The notes under the pieces are model-generated. The model was not told where the DNA came from and did no database searches. It saw only the letters and a list, made by a program, of their open reading frames with translations. From the NCBI GenBank assembly GCA_008632985.1, contig QPGO01000068.1, forward strand, positions 124,001 through 188,000: DNA of 64,000 bases. Reading direction: 5' to 3'. Position numbers and translations under genes: made by a program. Shown here piece after piece: positions 48,101-60,520 of this stretch (positions are counted from its first letter, which is position 1; each line of letters starts with the position of its first letter). This DNA is from Psammoneis japonica. Its lineage: Eukaryota.

Positions 48101-51100
48101 GTGCAGCCACCCTCCCTCCCACACATTTGTCGGACAAGTTTCAGACAACAGAAGAGCAAGGACCAGTTGGTTGTCCATGCAAATGGCACATTTGGACAAA
48201 ACATGCTGTCAACATGACACTCCCATCCAAAATGCCACCACTGTTTTTCCAATGACCCCCAACTGATTTTCCATTGAGAGCACAGTGTCAAACATCACTG
48301 GGCACAGGGGTGCATGAAATGCACAAGGGGAAATTGATTGGAAGTGGCACTCCAAGACTTCTGAATGCATGAGAAACAAGTTTTTGTTGCAGTCAGGGGT
48401 CACAAATCAATTGCCAGCTTTTTTCCATGCAAAACAAGCTGTTTTGTGCTGTCTCATAGAATCAGCACCAGGTTCTGCTGCAGCCAGAAATGGCAGCATG
48501 CATGCTGCCATGCCATTTGTGCTGACAACCAACTGGACTCTGGCAGTTGCTGAAAGAACAGCTCCCATTTGCCATTGCTCAGATCACATGTGGGAGACCA
48601 TCATTGATGACAATGGGTGCGGAGTGGAGTTGCTTGTTTGCAGCAGAAGCAGCTGAGGATGCTGCCATGGACTGAGCTTGTTCAGCAATTGCAAAGGTGC
48701 ATTTGTTGCAATGTCTGAGTTGTCTCCAACAATGCTGTTTGTCCCTGACATGTTGTTGGGGTCCACAGTTTCTCCATTCACGGCACTGTCATTGTTGTCA
48801 TCATCAGAGCTGTCAAGGCAGGGCTCTGAAGGAGACAAGTCTTTTAAGGTGATGTCATTGAGGTCTGACCTCAGGCTGTCTGAGAGTTGCAATGACCAAT
48901 GTTTGATGGAGGTCAGGGGGGTGCCACACCACAGTTGAGCTGGTGCAATCAAAAAGGATCAAACACCACAATTGGATGGGATGATCATCCATTCATCTTC
49001 ACCCTTCCCAGTCATTGCACTCCTCAATTCTTTGAGAGCTGCAAGCTGCTCATGTTTTGAGAACATGGTGGAGGAGCTGGGCAGACTGTGTCTTTCATCA
49101 CAAGCTGTTCCTGCAGGTTGAAATTTGGGATGTCATGGAATGCAGCCATGACATTTAGATTCCATGTGGATGCATCAGCAGGCAGCAGAGGGATGAGCCA
49201 AACAAAGGCAGCATGTGGCTTGGCAAGGACCGGTGCTTGGCTTTGCCATCATGTCCATGTGAGAAAAACTGCTTTGTCACATGGATTGAGTTGTTCCAAA
49301 ACTTGTCAAAGGCACAGTGTCTGGAGGCTTTCTGAACTTTGATGGGTGCATTCTTGTTGCCACCAAGTTTGACAGTTTAGAACTTGGCATCTTTGGGAGC
49401 AATTTTCTCTGAGAAGGAGCCTGTGTGGCAAAAGTGCTGCTGCACCCCATGTCATTTGATGCCACACAAAAGCAGGAGGTTCCAGCAGAGTGCCGCTGGA
49501 GCAGTGCTGAGGGATCTGAACAGTGATGGTTGTGACTTCTGCAACTGGGTGCCAGATGGAAATTGTGGCAAGAGCCTTCATTTTCTGCTGAGAGTTCAGC
49601 CCATTCATGAACATTTTTGGTCCTTGGAATGGCCCCAGAACAAGTCTCATGTGCATCTGATGCTGTCTCAGCATGGAAGGCATTGGTGTTGTCTTTGATG
49701 TTGTGTGCCAAAGCCCAGCTGACAGCGCCATTGTGTTGATCATGCCACCATGTAAATTGTGCATTTGAGTGCCTTGCTCATCTTTTTATGGGATGATCTT
49801 TTTGCTTGTCTCCACACATGAACATGTTTGGTCATTGGTTTCTGTTGTCACACAATGCATGTGTGTGGTTTGTGCATGTCTGGAATGTGCCCATTGCAAA
49901 TCTTGTGCACCCCAAATGTGCACCAAAAATCAAGCAGTGCTGCCGCTGCAGAGCAAGCTCTCCCACTCACAAACACCGCACACTTGCTGATGACTGCCTG
50001 AAACTTCTTGTGGGGGCAAGAGTGCTGTGACAGGCAAGTGAGACAGTGGTTGACAAAGCAGAGTTTTTAGAACATTAATTTTTGCTGCTTGTGGGCCCCC
50101 TCATGTCAGGATTTTTGACTCGCAGCATTTTGATCCCTCCTCTTTTTCTCTTCCTCTCAGGCTGTGCAGCCCAGTGCCTTGAGCACCAAACTTGGTGATG
50201 AGTTTGTTGAAGGCAGTTGCAAAGATTGTTGATGACAACAATTGTGAAACTGTTTCTAAGTTGGCACACTTGGCTGAGAAACCTTTGATGATGTGAGTTG
50301 CATGTGTTTGCTTTGTGCTGTGGATGCACGGCTGCTGTGCCCCCTGATGAAGTGCTCCTCTGCACCAGCAGCCCACCTGACACCTTGTTGCCTGGCATGT
50401 CTTTGGAAAAAGCAATCAGCAAATCAGCCTTGGTTGAAAAAACTTGATGGTGAGCACTTGGCATGCATGCCCAACCCCAGCTGCAGTGTGCATGTTGAAG
50501 AAGAAAACATGCTGTCCCCGCCCTGGTCACATTGTGCAACAGAGCCAAAGGGCTGCTGGCCAGCACATGGGTGAAAATGGAGGAAACATTTGATGCCAAA
50601 GAAAAAGAAAAGAAAACAAAGCCAAAGCAGCAGCTGACCTTGAAGAAAAGAGGACAAAGCTGGAAAAAAGGGTGCAAGCCAATGAAAAAGAAAACAGACT
50701 GGTGGGCCAAGAACATCACAGTGATTGGTTTGCTTCTGCAGAGAGGAGCTTCTTTTCCCATGACAACCACAGCAGAAATCAGCTGTGAAATGTTCATGTT
50801 GTCTTGCCAGTCATGTGGTGTGTCCCAACTGGCTGTGGGGGAGCTCTTGTCAACTGGCACACCACTGCTTGGTGGCAGTCTCATGGCTTTTGTGACACAG
50901 TGGACACCATGGTGAGCTGTGACCTGCTGCCATCTGCCACCCACAACAGCGGCACCAGCTCTTTTTCCTGAGTGGTGGCACCCCCATCTTTTGAAACAAC
51001 TTCCAATGCCAGTTTTGGGTTTCAATGGGTGTGACTCTGGCTGATGACTGAGTTTGCTTGGCAAGATGAAGCTTTGGTGCACTCAAAGCACTGCTCAACA

Positions 51101-53001
51101 GTCCTGATGCTTTGCTCCACCCATGGAGGGATCACAATGAAGTGCATGGTGTCCTCTGTGCTGTCAGATTTTTGCCCAAAAAGCAGAGTGGGTGCAACAA
51201 GCTGAGTTTTGTGTGCTGTTGCCACATTTCTCACTTGGCTTTGCCATCACCCAGTCATGCCAACTTCTCCTTCATTCCCCCATGATGGACAGAAATGAAA
51301 GAGCTGTGGGGGTGGGTGGAGAAAACCATGCTTGCAGTTGAAAACACTGGGCATGTTGCAGACAATGTTGCTGTTTTTTGGCCAGAAATGCTTTGAGGAG
51401 TCCCCATGTCTCCCAGGAGTGAAAGTGTGTGATGGCTCTGCCACTTCATGGCCTGCATGCTTGACGCTCACAGACCATGAAGTTTCCAAGGCAGAGTGCT
51501 CATGATGTGTTGTTGGGCTGTCACAACTGGTTTGTGATGAGGTTTGAACCCAGAAATGAGGCGTCAATGAATGCATCACTGTGCTTGGCAGTTGAAGCAG
51601 AGCAACCCATGTCCTGCTCTTGACCCAGCTGCCTGAGCTCCAACAGATGGCTTTGGGCTTCTTGAAACACAAGAACATCCTCATGGCAATGGCTCACAAC
51701 ACATTGGGGTCAAGACAGTCCCATCAACAGCGGGTGTTCTTTGCAGGCTGTTTTGACAGCATCTTTGGAAGAGCCTCACAGAAACTTCCAAAAAAGTTGT
51801 TTGAATTTTGATGTTGTCAAATGTGCCAGAGTGAAAAGAGAAGAAAACTTTTGAACTTGGAAGCACAAAATCCAGATGTGGAGAGAAGCACTCTCAGAAA
51901 GGGGCCCACAACAAATCTGAACAAAAGACATGAAGAGTGATGAGGGCAGAAAGGTGGAGCTCCAGCTCTTCATGATCCTTGGACATTGCTCCTTTCATTG
52001 CCACAAGTGTTGCAAGACTCCATTCCCAAATGGTGCTGGGTCATCGAGAACACCCTCCGCACACAATGCACAAAGGAAAAATGGTGCGAGGGCACATGAG
52101 AGGAACACAGGTCCCACACAGATGGTGGAGCAGATGGGCTCAGGCCCAGCATGTTCTGCATGCTTTGCACCTTCACATCTCATGTGGCCATGGAGTGCAA
52201 GAACCAAAACTTGTGAGTGCAGCCACTGCCCTTGGTCTGTCTGGTCCAAGAAAGAAAAGCTTTGCAAAATTTGCAAGTCAGGCAGTGATTTTTCATCATG
52301 ACAAAAACTTCTTCCTTTGCAGGGCACAGCTTCTTGGCAGACATTGTTTCCCAAAGAAACAGGGGCCACAAAAGTTGAGCTTCTTCCCTCCCTGTCCTCC
52401 TCGAAGCCAAGAGGAGATTGAAGTTGTGCAGTCCAGTGTCATTTTCATCGGCGCTGCCTCCGCTGCTGCACTCTGAGCAAGAAAGCAAGTGAGAGCATCC
52501 TTGGAGCAAGGGTGACAAAAGCCCTCATTGAGCTCCTCTCCCAGAAGAACAAGTGCCTCATGGCAAAAAACACCTTCCAACCTCTGCTGGCCCAAGCAGC
52601 CAGCATGGCATCTTGCTCCTCATCTTGGAAATCTTGAAAACTGCCTTTGTTGCTCATGCACACCCCACCAACTGGTGCATTCTTGCCCATCAACAGGGAC
52701 ACATGAATCTTTGTCTTTGACCAGGAAGCCAGGAGCAAGAGATGAAATGAGGAAAAGCACAAGCACTGAGTTGCCATCTCAAACAGATGACATGGATGTG
52801 AGAGTCCACTGTGGAGCTGCCAGCATGAGACTGGCACAATCTGACCTGCCAAAAATGTCCCAAACACTGGCATGGCAATTTGTGTCATTGGTCATTTGAT
52901 GAGAGTGGTTTTTCACAAACAAACAGAGCATTTTTGCAGAAGTGATCCACACAATTCTTTCTTAAAATTTGACACTCATTGACACAATCAGAAGCATTGT
53001 A

Positions 53002-53393
53002 GGACGCGTTCCAGCCCCAGGTGGGACTCCGTGTGACATTGGGCCCGTAGAATTCTACGTGCGAGCTCCGTAGTACGAGAATTTAATTAATGGATATATT
53101 TATCTTTAACATCAAATAAACGGCCAAGTTTGTGGTACAATTATGCCTCTTACCACTCGACGTTTTTGCAAATGCACCTGCCCTACGCGATTCTTAAGAC
53201 ATTATAGAATCGCGCTGTAACAAAAAATGTCAAAAGTTGTTGGACGGATCGCTCAATAAGTGTACCGTAAAATGACACAAAATATCAAAAAAATCACGTA
53301 GAAATCTACGTGCGCGACATACGACGTGATTCAAAAAACTATCGATGTCACAGTTCAGCAGTGCGAGGTCCCACCTAGACCTGGAACGCGTCG
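53002..53393. mobile_element. Young TA-flanked MITE, unmutated
   Basis: TIRs ggacgcgttccagccccaggtgggac / gtcccacctagacctggaacgcgtcg; TA on both sides; TA- and CpG-rich interior. Confidence 0.8.
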
Positions 53394-53654
53394 TAGATGC
53401 TTTCCATGCAAATTGTTGCTCAAATTTTGATGTTGCTTTGTCCTCAACTCCAGCTCCTTCTTGAACCATGTGCATGTTAGAGTGTGTTTTGTGAACAGAC
53501 ATGGCCAGCATTTTGTTTGATTTTGCAGCACTCTGAAATTTTCAACTCCCAATTTGACATCAGGCATTTTTGTCACACCCAGTTTTGTTGACCCACCACA
53601 AGTTTTTGGGCTGGTGCAAACCACACACAAAAAGTCATGTGCAGTCATTTTCAA

Positions 53655-54074
53655 GGGTGGTTGGTTGCTGCTTTTGAAGCTTGAATTTGGCAAAAGAGCT
53701 CATGTTTTTTGCACAAATTTTCCTGAATTTCACCGTGCTTTGCTGCATCAAAGACAGCAAGCCACAAGTCTGGTGTGACAGAGGTGGCCCATCTGTCAAC
53801 TCTCATTTGTTTTGTGTTTCTCATGCATCGAAGCTCTCATGTGCATGAAAAGTTTGAAGATGGCAAGCTGCATTTTTGAGATGTGTCAATGATTGACATC
53901 ATTGTCATGCTTGTTTGATTGGCATGTGGCATGGTGCCCGATGTTCTCATTTTCATGCATGATTGATGATCGGGTGTGAACAACAAGAACAACTTTTGTG
54001 TTCAAAAACAAACACTGTAAAAAACCTTGTTCAATTGCCATGGAAACTTCAGGATGAATGAGGGGATGATCCCC
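53655..54074. mobile_element. Hypermutated copy of the 954-1347 MITE
   Basis: Colinear homology end to end; flanks TCAA (53651-53654) and TCAA (54075-54078) in place of TTAA. Confidence 0.8.
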
Positions 54075-54298
54075 TCAATGCTCTGTTTTGCATGTTTTAA
54101 CCAATGGAACACAGTGCAGAGCTCTCAGCTGGGGTTCAAAGAGTGCAGTGTGCAACAGAGTGCCAGCTGAAGAGCCGCCAGGAGAGAGAGACAAGGTGTG
54201 CTGTTGAGAGGACAAACTGGAAGAGAGACAGATGTGAGCTGGCTTTGAAAATGACAGTGGAAAGCACACTGGCTGAATTGTGTGTGTGTGTGTCAGAT

Positions 54299-54500
54299 GA
54301 CCTGTTCCAGCTCCAGGTGATGCACACAGGTTCAACGCCCATCACTGGACCATTTTTGCATTTGGTGCAACAAACTCCTTCAAAATCACCCTTTGATTTT
54401 TGAAAAGATCAAAATTGAAGGAGTTCATTGTGCTAAACTGCACACAGAAAATTGGCCTCTCGAGTCATGGATTTCTCATCACCTGGGGCTGGAACAGGCC
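54299..54500. mobile_element. ~200-bp MITE-like element
   Basis: 24-bp inverted ends gacctgttccagctccaggtgatg / catcacctggggctggaacaggcc, resembling the TIR of the 53002 MITE. Confidence 0.6.
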
Positions 54501-55449
54501 AGATGCAAGCACAAAACAGCAGCACAAGTGCAAAGAAAAAAGAGGTGTGCCAGTGGGTGGTCAATGGCCAGTTGCTCCAAACAAACAATGTGGTTCTTGG
54601 CAGGATGCTGGCTGTTGTCTCACACAGCAAAAATTGCAAATCCGCGGATCATCTGTGGCTCACAACAAGCTGCCCCAGGCGCACGTCATGCAAGAAGAAG
54701 TGTGGCTTGGTGGTTTGAGATTGTGCATGATTGTCAAAAACACCACTGCTGCATCATTCAGCTTCAAACCAGCTGCAAGTTTTGCTGTGCACATCATGTT
54801 GTTGTTTTTGATCACATGCTCATTTTTTAAAAATTTGTCAGGGGCATTTGTCTTGTCAACAGCAGAGATGGCCTGTGCTGCATGCTTTTTGATTTTGCCA
54901 TCAGGTTCCATGTAGAAGAAGAGTGCCAAGTCATGTGCACATGACACACTGCACAGTGCAGCAACAGCAGCTCTGCATGTGCACGACACTGCATTGGCAG
55001 AAGAACAGTGAGGCAGGATCTGACACCTTGCCAGTTGCACAGAAAATTGACCACAAAAACAAATTGGCCACTTTTTTGTGCGTGGGAAGTACGAACGGCG
55101 AGCGGAAGAGGTTTTCTGTTTTTGCCTGTGACAATGGCCAGTTGATTGCCAATTGATTGTCTGCCACTTGTGAGACACTAAATTGACTGACACACCACAT
55201 GTGTCATGACCTGTTGTGGTGCCTTGACACCACATCAGAAATGTGTTGTGAAGAGGCACGCATCTCAATTGTCACTCAGCGGTTGGTGTTGTTCTTGCAA
55301 TTTTTGATGGTTTTTGTTTCATTCTTTGGCACAAATTGCTTTGATGACTCAGAGTTTAAATTCAACCCCTCTTGTTTGAATTTAAACATGAGGGTGACAG
55401 ATGCGAGGTGGTTTCATGATGATGGTTGTCACAACATGAGAGAGTCCAC

Positions 55450-58364
55450 ATGATGGCTTCTCACAGCGGACCAGGTGATGGTGGCAGAAGCAAGAAACCA
55501 CAAAATGGGAAACATGTCATTGACACACAACATGCTCAAGGTGCACGAGAGATGCCAGAGTCACTCGATCAAGTCAAAAATGTTAAAACTGTGGCAAAGG
55601 AGTTGTGCAAAATGAAGCCGAGTTGGCTAAATCCAGAAGCCTCTTGCAAAAACTGGGTGTGTTGGTGGAGGCATCTGAGAAGACACATTCCAAGGGATGC
55701 AAGCAGGTTGGCAAACTTTTGACTGTGAAACATTTGTCAAGGTCACACAACTCAGTGAAAGCTGAGGAGCATTGGCAAGAAACCACAAAATGGGAAACAT
55801 GTTGTTGATGCACAACATGCTCAAGGTGCACGAGAGATGCCAGAGTTGCTCAATCAAGTCAAAAATGTCAAAACTGTGGCAAAGGAGTTGCAAAGTGAAG
55901 CCGAGTTGGCTAAATCCAGAAGCCTCTTGCAAAAACTGGGTGTGTTGGTGGAGGCATCTGAGAAGACACATTCCAAGGGATGCAAGCAGGTTGGCAAACT
56001 TTTGACTGTGAAACATTTGTCAAGGTCACACAACTCAGTGAAAGCTGAGGAGCATTGTGAGAATCCACCCCTGGACCCCATTTGGCAGCTGAAGTCTTTT
56101 GCAAGAGTGCCCAAGAGTGTGAAGAAGGCAGCAGCATGTTGAAAAAAAATGACCCAAACATTGAAGTGAGATGATCAAAAAGGACAAAGCTTGTGACACC
56201 ACTGAAAGATGTCAATTCTGGCCCACCTGTCCCTGACCCCAATGACAGATCCATTGGTTGAAAAGCTCTGTGAGCACCTTGCTTGCTGCCCCAAAAAGAG
56301 CAAAGAGAGAAGCAAGGCTGTCAGGTGTGCTTTTTTAAGTCAAAGTGGTGTCCATGCTCTGACATCTCAAATGTCCACAAGCTGCCAAGGAAAGGACCCT
56401 CAGGACATGTTGGTCAGCCCTGCCTGATGAGCCATGCCACTGCTCAAGTTGTTTTCACCGAGAAGGTTGAGGCCACTGGTGGAAGATCGTTTTTGGTCTT
56501 TCTGAAGCAAAAGAAGCAATGGAAGAGCACAGTGGTGTCAAAGTCTCAAATGATGCCACCAAGCTTCAATTGGTTTTGCATGCTGTGAAAAAGGGTGCAC
56601 AGCGCTTGTTGACAGACAGAAAAACAGTGAGTCAGACAGAGACGTGCTTTGTCAGCATGAACTTGATTCAAGTGGCATTGACGCATCAAAGTGTGGCCCT
56701 CGATGCACATTTCATTGAGGGCCCCAAACCCTGGAGAGGGTGGGAGCATTGTGATGAGTCTGAGCTCAGTGATGGCGCAAAGGAAGCCATTGAATTTGTG
56801 AAACAAGCGTGGAATGCAGAGGAAGCATTTCCTGTCAATCCCAATCTTCTGCTGTCGACCGATGACACTGCTGTTTTTGCTTTTGAATGAGCCAAAGAAA
56901 AGGATGAGTGGAATTGGGAGCTCATTGATCCAAAGGAGAAAGCTGGTGTGCGTTTAACCCACAAGGTCAACAATGATCCTTCCAGTGGGGGTGGCCTTTG
57001 AGTTTGGCTCACCTTTGCTTTTGCAGCTGGCAGCTTGATGGCACCTCCGTGCATGGTGGTTGCTGGCCCAACTGAGGAGGAGCTTCCTGTTGAGAGTTGT
57101 TCTGATGGCATTTTGGCTGTTGAAATTCTGGGTCTTTGCCAGCCAATGTCTGCAAACATCTGCCCCACAGATGTCAACGGCTTTCTTGTCCTTCTTCGTG
57201 CAGACAAGAATGACGAGAGTGGCACGTCCATCACAAACAAGAAGTTTCGGCGTTAAAATGACAACGTGTTGCTTCCAAAGCTTGTGCACCCTGTCCATTG
57301 GGCTCTCAAATGGGACACAGACAAGAGCCCAGATCAACCTGTGCCAGATTGGTTGAAGTCCATGGCTTGGTCTGATGGTGACATCACGCAATTGCAGACA
57401 TTGTTGTGCGAAGCCCAAAAATTGTCCGACAAAAAGGAGAAAGTTTGTCATGACAAGCACTCTGCAGCTGCAACTGGAATGCAGCAGCCTGCAGATCTGT
57501 TGCAACTCTTTAAACTGATCAAGCAGATGTCACCAACATTGACCATGAAACACAGTCCCATCATTGGCTCAAAGGCTGACGTGCTCACCACCATTGATGA
57601 ACTCGAAAGATCAGTCAGTCTTCATCTTGCCAGCTGAAATAAAAAGGCTCTCACTGACTTTCTTTGCTGTCTCCTGGCAGCTTTGGAGAAGGCTGCGTCC
57701 TCTGGGAAGAGCATTGTGAAAGGCTTTGTGGGTGCCAAAATGACCGACAAGGAAACAAAATCTGTTCCGGCATTCGGAGAACTGTTGAAAATGTGCCACC
57801 ACCCTCACACCCCAGAGCTCAATGCACTCATCATGGAGAAGAGGGGGGAGCTCTTTAAGATTCAGGATCTCGACGAACGCGGAAAAATGAACTTGAGGGC
57901 TGCCACCTCTGCTGTGACAAGACCAAGGGCCGCTGGATGCAGAGCGGCAAAGTGTCCAATGATGGAAAACCCTGCTTTCGTGTCCATGGGGGGCAACACT
58001 GGGAAAATGCAAACAAGTTAGATGAGATGCAAAGTTCCAAGTTCTGCCGTGGGCACCCCCGAAAAAGAGCGCTTCTCAAACTCTCGGACGTCGGGAGGGG
58101 CGCCCTGACAATCTTCAGATGCATTGTGGCATGGCATTTGACAGGAAAGAGGAAAAGCAAGCATTGTTTGACTGTTTTTGTTGGAGTGAAGAGACGATGA
58201 AATTTCTTCGTGGACGCAAGAGCAACACGCTGGATGACATGCAGCTTGATGTGTTGGCGCATCTTTGGGAAATGTGCTGTGATCTCATGCTTGGCGAAGA
58301 GGAAAACGTCTCGGAAAGTCCTGGGTTTGAAGCCGTATCGACAATGAAAACATTGATCAAGTAG
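55450..58364 (+). pseudogene. Decayed pogo/Tigger-like (DDE_1) transposase
   Basis: Fragments LLSTDDT, TFAFAAGSLMAPPCMVV, WSDG and KHSAAATGMQQPADLLQLFK resemble DDE_1 motifs (N.DET, LPP.VI, D, NTT..LQPLD...F...K). Confidence 0.6.
55490..56057 (+). repeat. Tandem duplication of ~285 bp
   Basis: Units 55490-55774 and 55775-56057. Confidence 0.9.
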
Positions 58365-58870
58365 TGTCACTATCAGATAGCAATAGTGCCGAGACGGGGA
58401 TGTTGAGATGCCGAAAGCAGCAATAAGAAAGATGATGTTCATGTTCAGACTCAGACCTCGTCACGGGTAATTTTTCTGTACCTAGAGAGAATACGTTTTG
58501 GCCAATTTTCCGCGCGACTAGTAGCTCGATCTCAGATCTCAGGAGGATGGCTGAATGCTGATGCGTTTATTGCGCTGTTATTGCTGATTTTGTGTTGCCT
58601 GCTCTACCCTCTACCATACGTACCCTGGGTCCACCCAGTGTTTCGAATGCCGCGATATCACGGAACTCGCCCAGGAAACGATTACTAGGGCTAATACGGA
58701 AAGAGAACAAATTCGCTTCGGCCTTCGTTTCAAAAATTGAATTCGCTGCGCACTCTAGCACATATTATTATCTACTGTATCATTCTCAAAGAATTCGATT
58801 CGAGGCGCCAATCACGGTACAGACCGTGTGACCTTGGAGAGGAACAAGTGTATTCATTGATAAATTCAAA

Positions 58871-60187
58871 ATGAAGACTGCAAAGCTATGGATCCGTCTT
58901 GTGGTATTTGTGTGCTTGTGGTTCGTGGCATCCGTCGACGCCAGATTAGAGCCGCGACTATCAATCTCGACCCGGTCATTCGGGAAAACAGTGGTACTTC
59001 GAGGAGGAGCTTTGAAAAAGGCAAGAGAAGATTCTCCTCTCAATTCTACTTCTGGGGAGAGAAACTCGATTCAAGGGATCTCTCAGAAGAAAGTTATTTC
59101 TATTCTATGTGTTGGTTCGGTGTTGGTTGCTTCAACTTGCTTTAGCGGAGCGTTTGCTGGAAGTGAAATTGTGAGCACGATAGCATCAGCGCTCACCACT
59201 ATGCGAGCAAGACTGTTGGTGCTCATGGTGTTTCAAAATGCGTGCACAGTCCTTTTGGGTCGATATACACGATCGACCGCTTCGAAAGAAGACATGTACG
59301 TTATTAACCACCTTGTCCTCATGTGTGAGGTTGTGAAGTGCATTTTGAGTTGCATACTGGAGTATATCGCTACAGATGGTCACTTGTTGCAATCGATCGA
59401 GGACAACATTATCAAGCACCCAATGAACTCGGTCAAGATTATCATTCCGAGCCTGCTGTACCTTGTTCAAAATTCTCTGCAATACGTGGCTCTTTCCAAT
59501 TTGTCGGCGCCTCTCTTTCAGGTGACATATCAAACAAAACTACTGACTACGGCTTTAGCAAGTGTACTTCTGCTACAAAGGCGGTACAGTCCAAAACAGT
59601 GGGTGTGTCTACTGACATTAGGGATTGGCGTGGCGATTGTAGTTTTGGGGGAGAATGCTGCTTCGCAGACCAAGGCTTCCGAGAGCACAAACAAACAGAC
59701 AGTCGCCAAAGGCGAAGAAAAACACGAGCAGCACTTGGTCGTGGGATTGTCTGCCGTTGTTGTGGCGTGTTTGTCGTCTGCGATGGCTAGTGTCTACCTT
59801 GAAAAAGTACTGAAGAAACCAGCTTCGGTAGACGACGCGGTTTCAAAACCGGTGTCTCTCTGGATGTTCAATCTTCAAATGGCTTTCTTCAGTGCCTGTA
59901 TTGCAGCTGTGCAAACCAAGAACCTTACTGGAGAGGATGCTAAGAAGCCTTTCTTACATGGATTCACCCCATGGGTTTGGATGCTAGTCGCCCTCCAGGC
60001 TGGGGGCGGACTCTTGGTGGCTGCGGTGATGAAATACGCTGATAATGTATTGAAAGGTCTTGCCACTGGTGTGTCAGTGGTTGTGTCAACTTCCCTGAGC
60101 ATGGTTTTGTTCGGTACACCAGTTACAAAACAATTCTCCGTCGGAGCTTGCCTTATTTTGGCAAGTGTGTACTACTTCTCTCAGTAA
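58871..60187 (+). CDS. Nucleotide-sugar transporter (UDP-Gal/CMP-Sia, SLC35A-like)
   Basis: PSLLYLVQNSLQY, FQVTYQTKLLTTA, VYLEKVLK and GGLLVAAVMKYADNVLKG motifs; multiple TM helices. Confidence 0.92.
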   Translation: MKTAKLWIRLVVFVCLWFVASVDARLEPRLSISTRSFGKTVVLRGGALKKAREDSPLNSTSGERNSIQGISQKKVISILCVGSVLVASTCFSGAFAGSEIVSTIASALTTMRARLLVLMVFQNACTVLLGRYTRSTASKEDMYVINHLVLMCEVVKCILSCILEYIATDGHLLQSIEDNIIKHPMNSVKIIIPSLLYLVQNSLQYVALSNLSAPLFQVTYQTKLLTTALASVLLLQRRYSPKQWVCLLTLGIGVAIVVLGENAASQTKASESTNKQTVAKGEEKHEQHLVVGLSAVVVACLSSAMASVYLEKVLKKPASVDDAVSKPVSLWMFNLQMAFFSACIAAVQTKNLTGEDAKKPFLHGFTPWVWMLVALQAGGGLLVAAVMKYADNVLKGLATGVSVVVSTSLSMVLFGTPVTKQFSVGACLILASVYYFSQ

Positions 60188-60520
60188 GAGGAGACTTATA
60201 TTTTAGAATCCTTTTATCCTTTCAACTTAGCGGGGAGATCTTTGGTTGTACATTAGGCCCTGCCATACTAGTAATGCAGGATCAATACATCCGACCCTCA
60301 ATCTTTTCGCCCATGCGGAGCATTGCCGCCCGGCAAACAACACCGGGCGGTGGGTGATGCGCGCGGTGCCAGTGCCCAATCAGCATTCAACATGGCCGAA
60401 CTCGATTGCTGCACAGCGCATAGCATGTTGAACTGTACCGAGTTCCGACGATCTAACATCGAAGCTTGAGCTAACGGTATGAAAGGGATCAAGCTGGAAA
60501 TTAGGACTTGAAACTGAACC

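Larger units (their letters stand above)
32300..58364. other. Transposon nest depleted in TpA and, in its older parts, CpG
   Basis: Abrupt loss of TA dinucleotides and excess of TG/CA between ~32.3 and ~58.36 kb; nested elements listed separately. Confidence 0.85.

Noticed and set aside
46040..55400. Dozens of Cys/His-rich ORFs in all six frames as novel metal-binding proteins
   Set aside because: Explained by loss of TAA/TAG and excess TG/CA from hypermutation; no coherent domains.
18216..58364. Classical RIP or simple 5mC deamination as the cause of the TG/CA excess
   Set aside because: Paralogue alignments and conserved Tyr positions show TA as the ancestral state at most changed sites; RIP would create TpA.
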